From the NCBI RefSeq assembly GCF_009914755.1, contig NC_060925.1: a stretch of DNA of 64,000 bases, one strand, 5' to 3'. Position 1 is the stretch's first letter; each line of letters starts with the position of its first letter. Below, piece after piece: positions 1 through 18,115 of the stretch. The stretch comes from the human T2T-CHM13v2.0 reference genome, Homo sapiens. The position numbers and the translations under genes are program-made. The notes below the pieces were generated by a model that was not told the DNA's origin, did not search any database, and saw only the letters and a list, made by a program, of their open reading frames with translations.

Positions 1-121
1 TTTTAAAATGCTAGAGGTGTGTATATATGTATTTTGTAAATTCACAGAAAGAGGTCTGACACAGACCTTGTGAACTGTGGTTATTTCTGGAGAGTAGGAC
101 CAGGGAAGGAGTTGTTCTCTC

Positions 122-1033
122 TTTTTTTTTTTTTTTTTTTGGAGACAGGGTCTCACTCTCTCACCTAGGCTAGAGTGTGGCGGTGTGATCATAGCTCACT
201 GCAGCCCCGACCTCCTGGGCTCAAGCAGTCCTCCCACCTCAGTCTCCCGGTAGCTGGGATGCCAGGCAGAGCCACCACACCGGGCTAAATTTTTATTTTA
301 TTTATTTATTTTGAGACAAAGTCTTGCTGTGTTGCCCAGGCTGGAGTGCAGTGACTTGATCTCGGCTCACTGCAACTTCCGCCTCCTGGATTCAAGTGAT
401 TCTCCTGACTCAGTCTCCCAAGTAGCTGGGATTACAGGTGTGTGCCACCACGCCCAGCTAATTTTTGTATTTTTAGTAGAGATAGGGTTTCACTATGTTG
501 GTCTGGCTGGTCTCAAACTCCTGACCTCAAGTGATCCACCCGCCTTGGCCTCCCAAAGTGCTGGGATTACAGGTGTGAGCCACTTTGCCCCGCCTAAATT
601 TTTATTTTTTGTAGAGATGGGTTCTCACTATACTGCCCAGGCTGGTCTCAAACTCCTGGCTTCAAACAATCATCCCGCCTCAGTCTCCCAAAGTGCTGGA
701 ATTACAGGTGTGAGCCACTATACCTCCTGGCCAGTTTTTTATTTTTTAATATATACAGGGTCTCACTCTGTCACCCAGGCTGGAGTGCAGTGGCATGATC
801 TTGGCTCACTGCAGCCTGGACCTCTCAGGCTCAAGTGATCCTCCCACCTCAGCCTCCTGAGTACTTGGGACTACAGGCGTGCACCACGACACCCAGCTAA
901 TTTTGGTATTTTTAGTAGAGATGGGGTTTCGCCATGCTGCCCAGGCTGACTAGGCTGACTCCAACTCCTGAGCTCAAGCAATCCTCCTGCCTCGGCCTCC
1001 CAAAGTGCTGGGATGAGCCACCGCACCCAGCCC
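122..1033 (-). mobile_element. Alu cluster: AluS (~290-594) nested in the middle A-tract of an AluJ, followed by another AluJ
   Basis: Antisense Alu consensus blocks; ctaaatttttattt duplicated around the inner Alu. Confidence 0.9.
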
Positions 1034-1381
1034 AGTTCTCACTCTTCTGTATAGTCCTTTTTCAAACCCTCACAGGCATTTACTACTTTTGCAAAAAAAG
1101 AAAGCACCCAATAAAGGAGGAGGGTGAAGAAGAAAACTCATGCTGGGGGAGAAACAAGGGCAGGGTGACCCAGGCAGGAGGAGCTGCTCATGCAGAAGCC
1201 TAGAGAAGAGAGAAGGCAAGGGCAGATGGGGTGTTATCATATCCCATACAGGGGAAGCAGCAGGGGCTCTAGGGAGACGGGGGAGTGCACAAAGGGGAGG
1301 CTGATTTCCAGAGGCTTGGAGCTTTGGCGGAAGTGAAGGTGCAAGGGAGGGGTGAGGAGGTGGACTGTGGTTGGCAGGGGG

Positions 1382-1452
1382 GGGTGGATGTTGCAGTGAG
1401 CCAAGATCTCACCACTCTACTCTAGCCTGGGCGACACAGTGAGACTCTGTCT

Positions 1453-1483
<31 letters not shown>

Positions 1484-1510
1484 GAAAAGAAAAAATAAAA
1501 TAAAATAAAA
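1382..1510 (+). mobile_element. Alu 3' fragment with A-tail
   Basis: gttgcagtgagccaagat...actctgtctcaaaa. Confidence 0.85.
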
Positions 1511-1781
1511 AGTTATAAAACTCGCAGCTACATGCCTGGCTCCTGGCAAGCGCCCATCCATGGGCGATGTTACCGTCAGGGAAGACTTCGGTGCCTGGGG
1601 ACAGAAGGCAGGCCTTCCCAGGAGAGCCTGAGAGAGGAAGGCCAGGAATGGCTGCGTGGAGTCCCTGGGGCCCTTTCCCCCTTGGCGCGGGGGCAGAGAC
1701 CTAACTTTTGGAGGCCGAGAGAGCCTGGAGATGCCTCTGGAATGCTGTTCTGCTCACTCTGGAGTCAGAAAAGCCTGAATT

Positions 1782-1933
1782 CATTTTATTTTTTATTTTA
1801 ATTTTACTTTTTTTTTTTTTAATCGATGGGGTCTCAACTATGTTGCCCAGGCTGGTCTCCTGGACTCAAGTGATCCGCCCACATCAGCCTCCCAAAGTGC
1901 TGGGATTTTAGGCATGAACTATGATGCCCAGCC
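1782..1933 (-). mobile_element. Alu left monomer (FLAM-like) with TSD cagaaaagcctgaatt
   Basis: Single monomer; direct repeat at ~1766 and ~1934. Confidence 0.8.
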
Positions 1934-2069
1934 CAGAAAAGCCTGAATTGAAACCCCGGCCCTGCCCTGTCCAGCTGTGTGACTTCAGCATGTGTACTTA
2001 CCTGAGTCTCCGTACCCTCATCTGTAAAGGGGCAAGGGGTGGGGGTTAAGCAGGTGTCAAAGATGAACA

Positions 2070-2363
<294 letters not shown>

Positions 2364-2484
2364 AGATGAAAATATTTTAAAAGGGAACAGCGACAGTCCT
2401 AGCTGGAATTCCCGTTAAGAAGAGGACAATGGCCGTACCCTCACCCCATCCAATCCACACACAGCCCAAGACACAGGACATGAA

Positions 2485-2812
2485 GTGCAGTGCAGAGTTC
2501 CTTTATTTGGGGGCAGTGCCCAGGCCAGTTGGTGGAAAGAGGCAGGCATACAACCCACTGTCAGGCTGGGGGGCCCAGCAGGGGCGATGGAGGAGACGAG
2601 GTGGTTGAGGGATTTTCTCAGCTGCAGGTTCCAGGCCCAGGACAGGAGGAGATGTCAGGCATCAGACACTGAGCCTGCTTGGTGCCCGCAGGAGCCAAAA
2701 ACTGGCGGCCAGAGTTTTTCCCGCCCCCGCCCCCCGCTTACCCACAAGGGTGCCCAGAGGCCACCCTCTGCATCCTCCTTTCCCCTCAGGATGGAGTCCA
2801 GGCCCAAAGGGG

Positions 2813-2819
<7 letters not shown>
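2485..2819 (-). other. CD164L2: CD164L2 terminal exon 6 (7 coding nt A ATC TGA, then 3'UTR)
   Basis: Acceptor ctctgcag| at 2820/2819; stop at 2815-2813; AATAAA (minus strand) at 2507-2502. The 3' end is estimated. Confidence 0.85.
2502..2507 (-). terminator. CD164L2 polyadenylation signal AATAAA
   Basis: tttatt on + strand; TG/pyrimidine-rich sequence follows on the minus strand. Confidence 0.85.
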
Positions 2820-6860
<4,041 letters not shown>

Positions 6861-7515
6861 TGTGCCTCCAAGGGCAGCTTCTTGAAAATTCTGGAAAGTA
6901 CCGACTGCTTTGATCCTTACTTCACAGGTGAGGAAACTGAGGCTCAGACAAGATGAGTGACTCGTTCGAGGTCACGGAGAGAGGCAGTGGCAAAAATCTG
7001 GATTCGAGACGAGGTCACTTCCCTGCCTTCAGGGCTCGGTGCAGGCCCCGCTTTGTACACCCTCCACCCAGGCCCCATGACCGCTGGGCCGGGCCCTAGC
7101 TGGCCCCTGCCCTCTGGCTGCCCAAGCTCAGCTTCGGTGCTCCCTCTCCATTCACTGCACCCCTCCACCCGCCTCCCTTCTGCCCCTCATCCGCTGTGTC
7201 TGCCTCTGGCCTACCACACCCTCTGGCCAGGTCAGGGGTGACGCCATTACTAGGCCAACTGGGCCTCTCCGCAGCCTTCCCCACGGCTACCACTCCTGCC
7301 CTGGCACCAGCCTCTTTTGGTTCTCCTCAGGCTCCTTAGGGGGCACTTCCTCTCCTTCCTCTTCCTCCTCCCCTCCTCTCCCCTCCTTCCCCCATCTGCT
7401 TCTCCTAACCCTCTCTTAATCGATGGTGGCCCAGGTTAGTCCCAAGCCCTGTTCCACACTCTCCTGGGGTCATCCTGGATATTCCACTGCCATCAGTCCC
7501 CACTTGAAACCCAAC

Positions 7516-7640
7516 AGCTGAGGCAGGAGGATTGCTTGAGCCCAGGGATTTGAGGCTGTAGTGAGCTGTGATCATGGCATTGCACTCCAGCCTGCGCAAC
7601 AGAGTGAAACCCTGTTTTAAATGAATGAATGAATGAATGC
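7516..7640 (+). mobile_element. Old Alu right-arm fragment with (ATGA)n tail
   Basis: ctgaggcaggaggattgcttgagccc...gcactccagcctg. Confidence 0.8.
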
Positions 7641-8077
7641 CAACAGGTCACGTATCCCAATAAATATATACACCCACTATGCACCCATTAAAAAATTTTT
7701 TTTTGAGCCAACAGATCTCTTAATCATCTCCAGGCCAGTTCTGACTTCACAACTGCCACACCTGTAACTGACAATATATAGCTAGCAATTATTGACCCCT
7801 TACTAGCCGAATGTACATTTTGAGAGCTTTTACATGCAACTTCCCATCTAATGTCCACAGCTACCCTCTAGGCATGAGTTTTGTCATTTCCCATTTGCAG
7901 GCTGCTCAGGGGCACAGGGTTTCAATGCAGCAGGCCAGGATGTAAAGCTAGGATTGAATGATGCTGGAGGCCATGCTCCCTCTGCTGTGCCTCCCATGGG
8001 TCCACGGCATCTCCACCTGAGTGTCCCTGAGGCCCCCAAAACTGCCCACTCAGGGGAAAAGAGACCCTTCGGGTTCT

Positions 8078-8670
8078 GGGGGAGGGAGGAGGGATAGCAT
8101 TAGGAGATATACCTAACGTAAATGATGAGTTAATGGGTGCAGCACACCAACATGGCACATGTATACATATGTAACAAACCTGCACATTGTGCACATATAC
8201 TCTAGAACTTAGAGTATAATAAAATATATATATTATATATATAAAAAAAGAAAATGTGGCACATATACACCACGGAATACTATGCAGCCATAAAAAAGGA
8301 TGAGTTCATGTCCTTTGCAGGGACACGGATGAAGCTGGAAATCATCATTCTCAGCAAACTATCACAAGGACAGAAAACCAAACACTGCATGTTCTCACTC
8401 ATAAGTGGGAATTGAACAATGAGATCACTTGGACACAGAGGGGGAACAGCACACACCAGGGCCTGCTGGGGGGTGGGGGGCTTGGGGAGGGATAGCTTTA
8501 GGAGAAATACCTAATGTAAATGATGAGTTGATGGGTGCAGCAAACCAACATGGCGCATGTATACCTATGTATCAAACCTGCACGTTGTGTACATGTACCC
8601 TAGAACTTAAAGTCTAATAAAAAAATAAAATAAAAATAATAAAAAATAAAATTAATTAATTAATTTTAAA
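8078..8670 (+). mobile_element. Two tandem L1PA 3' ends (~8078-8249 and ~8250-8670)
   Basis: Two copies of ...gggtgcagca(c/a)accaacatggc...tagaactta(g/a)agt..aataa. The second begins at the ORF2 C-terminal gaaaatgtggcacatatacacc. Confidence 0.92.
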
Positions 8671-8796
8671 AAGTCCTTCAGGTTCTGTCCCCTTGTATTC
8701 CCTCTGTACGCCTCACTGCATCTCAGCAGCTTCCAGGCCCCTCCTATGCTGGCCCTCACAAATCATATATTTGACCATATCTCTTCCAGTTAGCAA

Positions 8797-9535
8797 CTTT
8801 TTTTTTGAGCCTGAGTCTCACTCTGCTGCCCAGGCTGGAGTGCAGTGGCACAGTCTCAGCTCACTGAAACCTCCACCTCCCAGGTTCAAGGGATTCTTGT
8901 GCCTCAGCCTCCCAAGTAGCTGAGATTCTGAGATTACAGGCACCCGCCACCATGCCCGGCTAATTTTTTGTATTTTTAGTAGAGACAGGGTTTCACCATG
9001 TTAGCCAGGATGGTCTCGATCTCCTGACCTTGTGATCCGCCCGCCTCAGCCTTCCAAAGTGCTGGGATTACAGGCATGAGCCACCGTGCCCGGCCAATTT
9101 TCTGTATTTTTAAAGTTGAGACAGGGTTTCACCATGTTGGTCAGGCTGGTCTCGAACTTTTCTTTTTTGAGAGGGAGTTTCGCTCTTGTTGCCCAGGCTG
9201 AAATGCAATGGTGCAATCTCAGCTCACCGCAACCTCTGCCTCCCGTGTTGAAGCAATTCTCCTGCCTCAGCCTCCCAACTAGCTGGGATTACAGGCATGT
9301 GCCACCACGCCCAGCTAGTTTTGTATTTTCAGTAGAGACAGGGTTTCACCATGTTGGTCAGGCTGGTCTCGAACTCCTGACCTCAGGTGATCTGCCTGCC
9401 TCGGCCTCCCAAAGTGCTGGGATTACAGGCGTGAGCCACCGTGCCCGGCCAGTTTCGAACTTTTGACCTCAAATGATTCACCCACCTTGACCTCCCAAAG
9501 TGCTGGGATTACAGGTGTGAGCCACCATGCCTGGC
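8797..9535 (-). mobile_element. Nested Alu complex, including an Alu (~9157-9450) inserted inside another with TSD gt(c/t)tcgaactttt
   Basis: Interrupted Alu consensus resumes at ~9451. Confidence 0.88.
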
Positions 9536-9699
9536 CCCACCTAACAACTTTTCAACAATGGCTTGACCTCCACAACCCTTTGATTTCTGGCTCTAGAAGT
9601 CTCTCTATCCTGGCCTGGGTGCTTCCCATCACCTTCCTACCCTCTAAGAAGATAGAACAGAGCCTTCCCCCTATACCTCTCTTCCTCTATCCTAGCTGT

Positions 9700-10690
<991 letters not shown>

Positions 10691-10691
10691 G

Positions 10692-11003
<312 letters not shown>

Positions 11004-11112
11004 TAAGTAACCTTACTTACTATGCCATGTTGTGACCATCTGTGTACATGTTTGTCCCACTGGTCTGTGAGGCCCCCAAGAGCTCCCTACTTGAATAGAT
11101 TTTAAGGATCTA

Positions 11113-11468
<356 letters not shown>

Positions 11469-11886
11469 ACTGAAGCTCATTGAAGATGGCAGGGATTTTT
11501 GTTCACTGCTGTATTCTCTGTGCCCGGGAAATAGAAGATGCTCAATAAATGTGTCTATTGACTGTTGAAAAGGCAGGAATTTGGCCAGATCATCTTTCTG
11601 TCCCTAGCACCCACTGAACAAACCCTAAGCCCAGGGGAACTGCCAGTAAATAATGGCTGAATGAATGGGTCTATGCTAAGAATATGGGCACTGATGATGC
11701 CTAGACCCTTGGGTCTTAGACAAGGGACTCAGGTGTGGGGATTATCTATGACTGACACACACACACACACACAAGCACACACGCACGAACACCCCCTCCC
11801 CGCCAATTCCTCCCTCCCCAAGGGATTTCTCCAACTGGTGAAGACAGAAGAGGCAAGGATAAAAGTCTCACCTGGAAGTGAGTCCT

Positions 11887-11905
11887 CACAGCCATCTGGT
11901 GGCCA
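11887..11905 (-). promoter_or_regulatory. CTCF motif
   Basis: TGGCCACCAGATGGCTGTG vs consensus TGGCCACCAGGGGGCGCTA. Confidence 0.6.
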
Positions 11906-12399
11906 CCTGGAGAACTGCAGGTATTGTCAGCCCTAGTCAAACTTTAGCCTCAGCCCCTTCTGGGAAGAAGGTGACATCTAGGCCAGAATGGAAGGCACAC
12001 TGGACTTGGTGACAGATGGACCTGGCTTCAGATCCCAGCTCTGCCATTTACTATGTGATTTGGGGCAAGTCCCTTGGCTTTCCTGGGCTTCACCCAAGAA
12101 ATGGAGACATGGTCCCTCACTTTTGCAGGTTGTTGTAAGCCTTGGGCTCTGGCTGGGCACCTGGTAGGTGGGAAGGGTTGGAGGAGGTGTCAAGGAGGTA
12201 GGGACAGAGGGCATGAGGAGAATAGGAGAGAAGGAACTATCTCTTCCTTTAGAGAGCAAGTATGCGGGGAATGGAGACCTGATTGGTATGAGCACTTTTG
12301 GTGCGTGAGGGAGAGCACATGAGGTTCACGTGAAAACCCATAGCCCCCCTTTAGTCTCTTGGCTCTCCTGGGTTTCTCGGGGTTAGAAATGTCACTGCA

Positions 12400-13547
<1,148 letters not shown>

Positions 13548-15060
13548 TTGCCATTCAGAGTAGTAGAAGATAGTCCCTGATACCCCCCTTTGATGCCAAC
13601 CTCCCAGCAGCCTTCACCCATCGCAGAGACCAGAACTCTGTAGGGACCCAGCTCTGATGGGGGAGTAAATGGATCCCTGACCCTGAGTCTTGGGGCCCTG
13701 ATGCCCTTGGATCCTCTCTCTGACACCCCCACCTTCCTGGGCACCAGGCATATTACTATTCTCTCTGTTTTCCTTTTTTCCTCTGGTTGTTCCCTTTTAG
13801 GTCAATCATCCAGTCCATGATTATTTCTTCAATACCCATTACATATCAGGCACTGTTCTCTAGCAGAAATGGGACATAGTCAGTATCCTCTTGGAGCTTA
13901 GATTCTAGTGGGGCTGACATGTAGTAAAACAAACAAACATGAATTCATTTATAATTTCAAGAGTGCTTCATCCTCCAAAAATGAATAAATCAAGAGAAGG
14001 GGAGGGAGAGTGATGGGGAGGCCAGTGGCGATCTGAGAGTTCAGAGCAGCCTGTTTCAGAAGTAATTCGGGAGCAGAGACCTGGATGAAGAGAAGGGTTG
14101 TTGTCAGAGGGGTCAGGTGCAAGAGCCCAGGAGGAGGAGCCCCTGAAGCCACTCCTCACTCTCTGCTCCCGCCCCTGGGTGACATTATTTACCCCTAAAA
14201 CATCAGTTGCCACCTGCATGCCTACACCTCCCAGGTGTCCCTCATTATCCAGCTGTAACATTGATGGCCAATGGCAAGTAGAACCCACTCAACAACCCCA
14301 TGAGGCCGGTACTAATATTATCCCTGTGTTTTAGATGAGGAAATAGGCACAGAGAGCTGAAGAAACTCTCCAAAGTCACCCAGCTAGGAAATGGAGAAAC
14401 TGAGATTGGACACTTCCACCCCCTAAGCCCCCTAAACTCACCACATCCAACCTGAAATGAATCCTCTTCTCCAGCTCCGACCCCCTCCTCTTCCCATGTT
14501 CCCTGCCACTTGACCTTCTGCTGCCTCACACTCAAACCCAAAACCTGCCTGGTGGAGGCTGACCATGGGGGCTGCAGTGATGGTGCTGTGATGGGGGTGT
14601 CCAGTGGGGCCTGGGATCCTCAGGCCTCTTAACCTCATCTTCCCCTCCCACAGGCCTGCATGATTCCAGGGAGCATCAAGGCAAGAGACACAGGGAGAAG
14701 GAGCAGCCAGTCCCCCTGCCGCAGGACTGGCCACATCTGTCACATCTGGAGAAGTCTGCCCAGAGTGGTTCCCCTGGACTAAGGGCAGATGGCGTTGGGG
14801 AAGAGGGAGCTCTTTCTCCTTGCTCCACCCATCAGGATGCCTAAAATAGGAGGCTGAGAGGGGCCTGCCCTGAGGACTGAGCTGCCAGGCTTTCTGCTTC
14901 CAAGTTCTTCCCGGCTCCCCATCTCCTCCTGCTTCAGGGAAGTGCACCCCTCACCCCCTCCACGCTGGCTTTCTAGATACTGGAATAAATAATTCAGGTT
15001 TTGAAATCTTGCCAGGCCCACCCCTCCGGTGCTGTGAGGGCGCTATTGGGCTGACATGAG

Positions 15061-15068
15061 TGACGTCA
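15061..15068. promoter_or_regulatory. Distal full palindromic CRE upstream of GPR3
   Basis: Exact TGACGTCA. Confidence 0.6.
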
Positions 15069-15735
15069 CCCAGCTCTTATCCCAGCCCCGGCATCACGGG
15101 ACTTGCCCTGGCAGCAACTTACCTGCCTGGTCACTGTCAGTCCAGACCCTCTACCCTGTGCCCCTCACCCTGGAGCCCACTCACCACAGCCACCTGCTAT
15201 CTTCGTTCCAGGGCCCCACAGTCCTCATGGCTTAGCATTGTCGCTTCAGTACCCCAGCCATTCTGACAGGGTAATGGTGACCTGAAGTCACCTGGACACT
15301 CCATGTTCCCAGGCCGCTGCCTCTGCCATCCCGGGGTCCCTGAACTCCCCCCTGCTGCATAGTCACCCTGACACTGCCATGGTTGCCCTGAGGGCTTCCC
15401 CTCTACCGTTAGCGTCCCACGGCCATCACCCCCCACCCCAAGATTCTGTCACCATGCTAATGTCGTCACTGCCACCCACCTCCCCGCTCCCTCGTGCTCC
15501 CTGTCATCGTCACCTCAGGGCCCCATCATCTTGGAAACCCTGTCATTCTCACCAGGGAAGCCCAACCAGCCCCATCACAAGCTCTTCCTTCGTCACCTGG
15601 ATCTCGTCAGCCTCTCTGCCACCCAAGGGTCCCATCACCCCACAGCCTAGCCGGGCCCCCTTTCCACTCTTCCACCACGTTCCCTGCAGCCTCTCTGAGA
15701 CTTCAAGGCTCTCGCACCGGCGCCTCTGAAACCCC

Positions 15736-15754
15736 CGGCCCGCAGAGGGCGCCG
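15736..15754 (+). promoter_or_regulatory. CTCF motif
   Basis: CGGCCCGCAGAGGGCGCCG. Confidence 0.55.
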
Positions 15755-15954
15755 CGTCAAGGACAGCGCGGGCAGACTCGGGAGGGGGCGGGGCCGCAGC
15801 CACGGTCGCTTTTTATGAATGGGGGAGCGGGCGGTGCGAGGCCTTATTACTATGCCGCGCAACGCGCGCTGCGCCCCAGCGCGCCGCGCCCATTGGCTGA
15901 TCGGACCGCTGACGTCACCGAACCGGTGGCCGGGGGCGGGGCGGGGTGACTCAC

Positions 15955-16061
15955 GCCGCTTCTCCCGCGGCCGCGGGGGCTTCTCGGGGTCCACGCACGC
16001 CCTGCGCCGCCAGGACCCGAGCGGAGCCTCCCCGCGGCCCGGCCGCGCCTGGTCCTGAGCG
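15955..16061 (+). other. GPR3: GPR3 non-coding exon 1 (start approximate)
   Basis: Inside the CpG island, downstream of the promoter motifs; ends in donor GCG|GTGAGT at 16061/16062; partner acceptor cctgcag| at 17117/17118. Confidence 0.75.
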
Positions 16062-17122
16062 GTGAGTAGCGGGCCCCGCCGCGGGCACCAGGGGTCCTGA
16101 AGGGCACGCAGGATGCTGGGGCACTGGGCCGGCGGAAGGCTCCTAGTGGCCGGCCGGGGTTCGAGTTCGAGGTGGGAATTCTGGGTTTAGGCGATTCTGG
16201 GTTAGCAGGCTTGGGCCCAAGTGCTCGAGTGCTGGGGTTGAGTTGGATGACCCGGCGAAGGGTAAGCATTCCTGCAGGGACCCGAGGCCCTGGAGGGACT
16301 GATGGTCATCTGAGGTTAAGCCGGCAGGAGGCGTCTGGGGCAGGGACCCAGGGGTCCGAACAGCAGGAGGTGTCCAATTTAGGAATCCAGGTATCCAGGC
16401 AGGAGGCAGAGTCAGGCCCAAAATCCAGGTGTCCGGGCAGAAGGAGGCATCTGACTCAGGGATCCAGTCTTCCAGCAGGGGGGTCTGCCCAGAGACCTAG
16501 AGATTCAGGCGGAAAGAAGGGTCCAGCCAGGAACAGAAGTCTGGGAGGGTGGGGGGTGGGGGGCTGAGTTCCCAGGTGTTACCGCGGGAGTGCGGGGTGA
16601 TGGCTGGCGGGAGCTTCACGCGCATTCCCTGGGGGCGGAGTCTAAGGCTGGCAGTACTGAAAATCGTGAGGGGTCTGGGAGCCTCAGGCACGAGCTAGCA
16701 TCATCATCTCTGATGGGAGGGAGCGGAGCTGCTCAGTCTCCCTGATGGGGTAGATGTTTCCCTACCCCAATCTTGAGCCTTCGGGGGCATCCCCTGGATC
16801 CTATGGCCCTCTTCCACTTATAGTACCCCTTCTTCTGTCTCTCCTCTGGTCACACACGTGGGAAAAAGAGACCTGCAGGACCTAGGACAGGGATCCCCAG
16901 GAAGAGACCCCTGTTTAGAGGCCTGGGGGCATTGGAGGGGACAGCGGTATCCTGGGAAGAGCCCCAGGGCATGAATGTGGGGATAAGGCATTGGGACCCT
17001 ATCAGGTATCCTGAGGAGAGACTCCCACCACGTATCCTGAGAAGCACCTCACCCCCTCCAGACCCCAACTCCCATCACCCAGCTTGGTCAGCTTCTCACA
17101 AGGCCTTTCTCCTGCAGGTACC

Positions 17123-18115
17123 ATGATGTGGGGTGCAGGCAGCCCTCTGGCCTGGCTCTCAGCTGGCTCAGGCAACGTGAATGTAAGCAGCGTGGGCCCA
17201 GCAGAGGGGCCCACAGGTCCAGCCGCACCACTGCCCTCGCCTAAGGCCTGGGATGTGGTGCTCTGCATCTCAGGCACCCTGGTGTCCTGCGAGAATGCGC
17301 TAGTGGTGGCCATCATCGTGGGCACTCCTGCCTTCCGTGCCCCCATGTTCCTGCTGGTGGGCAGCCTGGCCGTGGCAGACCTGCTGGCAGGCCTGGGCCT
17401 GGTCCTGCACTTTGCTGCTGTCTTCTGCATCGGCTCAGCGGAGATGAGCCTGGTGCTGGTTGGCGTGCTGGCAATGGCCTTTACCGCCAGCATCGGCAGT
17501 CTACTGGCCATCACTGTCGACCGCTACCTTTCTCTGTACAATGCCCTCACCTACTATTCAGAGACAACAGTGACACGGACCTATGTGATGCTGGCCTTAG
17601 TGTGGGGAGGTGCCCTGGGCCTGGGGCTGCTGCCTGTGCTGGCCTGGAACTGCCTGGATGGCCTGACCACATGTGGCGTGGTTTATCCACTCTCCAAGAA
17701 CCATCTGGTAGTTCTGGCCATTGCCTTCTTCATGGTGTTTGGCATCATGCTGCAGCTCTACGCCCAAATCTGCCGCATCGTCTGCCGCCATGCCCAGCAG
17801 ATTGCCCTTCAGCGGCACCTGCTGCCTGCCTCCCACTATGTGGCCACCCGCAAGGGCATTGCCACACTGGCCGTGGTGCTTGGAGCCTTTGCCGCCTGCT
17901 GGTTGCCCTTCACTGTCTACTGCCTGCTGGGTGATGCCCACTCTCCACCTCTCTACACCTATCTTACCTTGCTCCCTGCCACCTACAACTCCATGATCAA
18001 CCCTATCATCTACGCCTTCCGCAACCAGGATGTGCAGAAAGTGCTGTGGGCTGTCTGCTGCTGCTGTTCCTCTTCCAAGATCCCCTTCCGATCCCGCTCC
18101 CCCAGTGATGTCTAG
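17123..18115 (+). CDS. GPR3: G protein-coupled receptor 3 (class A, constitutively Gs-coupled), 330 aa, single coding exon
   Basis: MMWGAGSPLAWLSAGSG...; seven hydrophobic segments; LAVAD, DRY, CWLP and NPIIY motifs; CCCC cluster; C-terminal SPSDV. The true ATG is at 17123; the ORF-track start at 17084 is intronic. Confidence 0.98.
   Translation: MMWGAGSPLAWLSAGSGNVNVSSVGPAEGPTGPAAPLPSPKAWDVVLCISGTLVSCENALVVAIIVGTPAFRAPMFLLVGSLAVADLLAGLGLVLHFAAVFCIGSAEMSLVLVGVLAMAFTASIGSLLAITVDRYLSLYNALTYYSETTVTRTYVMLALVWGGALGLGLLPVLAWNCLDGLTTCGVVYPLSKNHLVVLAIAFFMVFGIMLQLYAQICRIVCRHAQQIALQRHLLPASHYVATRKGIATLAVVLGAFAACWLPFTVYCLLGDAHSPPLYTYLTLLPATYNSMINPIIYAFRNQDVQKVLWAVCCCCSSSKIPFRSRSPSDV

Larger units (their letters stand above)
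15700..16330 (+). promoter_or_regulatory. GPR3 CpG island promoter: CRE, reverse CCAAT box, GC boxes, AP-1 site
   Basis: TGACGTCA 15910-15917; ATTGG 15892-15896; GGGGCGGGG 15933-15941; TGACTCA 15947-15953; no TATA box seen. Confidence 0.85.

Noticed and set aside
311-838. Many ORFs with [13 protein letters not shown] / [12 protein letters not shown] motifs, here and throughout the window
   Set aside because: Translations of Alu sequence, not genes.
15750-15770. REST/RE1-like GGACAGCGC; other half-sites at ~22687, ~21412-21429 and ~25202
   Set aside because: Only half-sites, with poor match to the other half of the 21-bp RE1.
15842-15851. CArG-like CCTTATTACT in the GPR3 promoter
   Set aside because: Lacks the terminal GG of CC(A/T)6GG.
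17084-17122. 13-aa N-terminal extension of GPR3 in the ORF track
   Set aside because: It starts at a TTG inside the intron, upstream of the acceptor at 17117.
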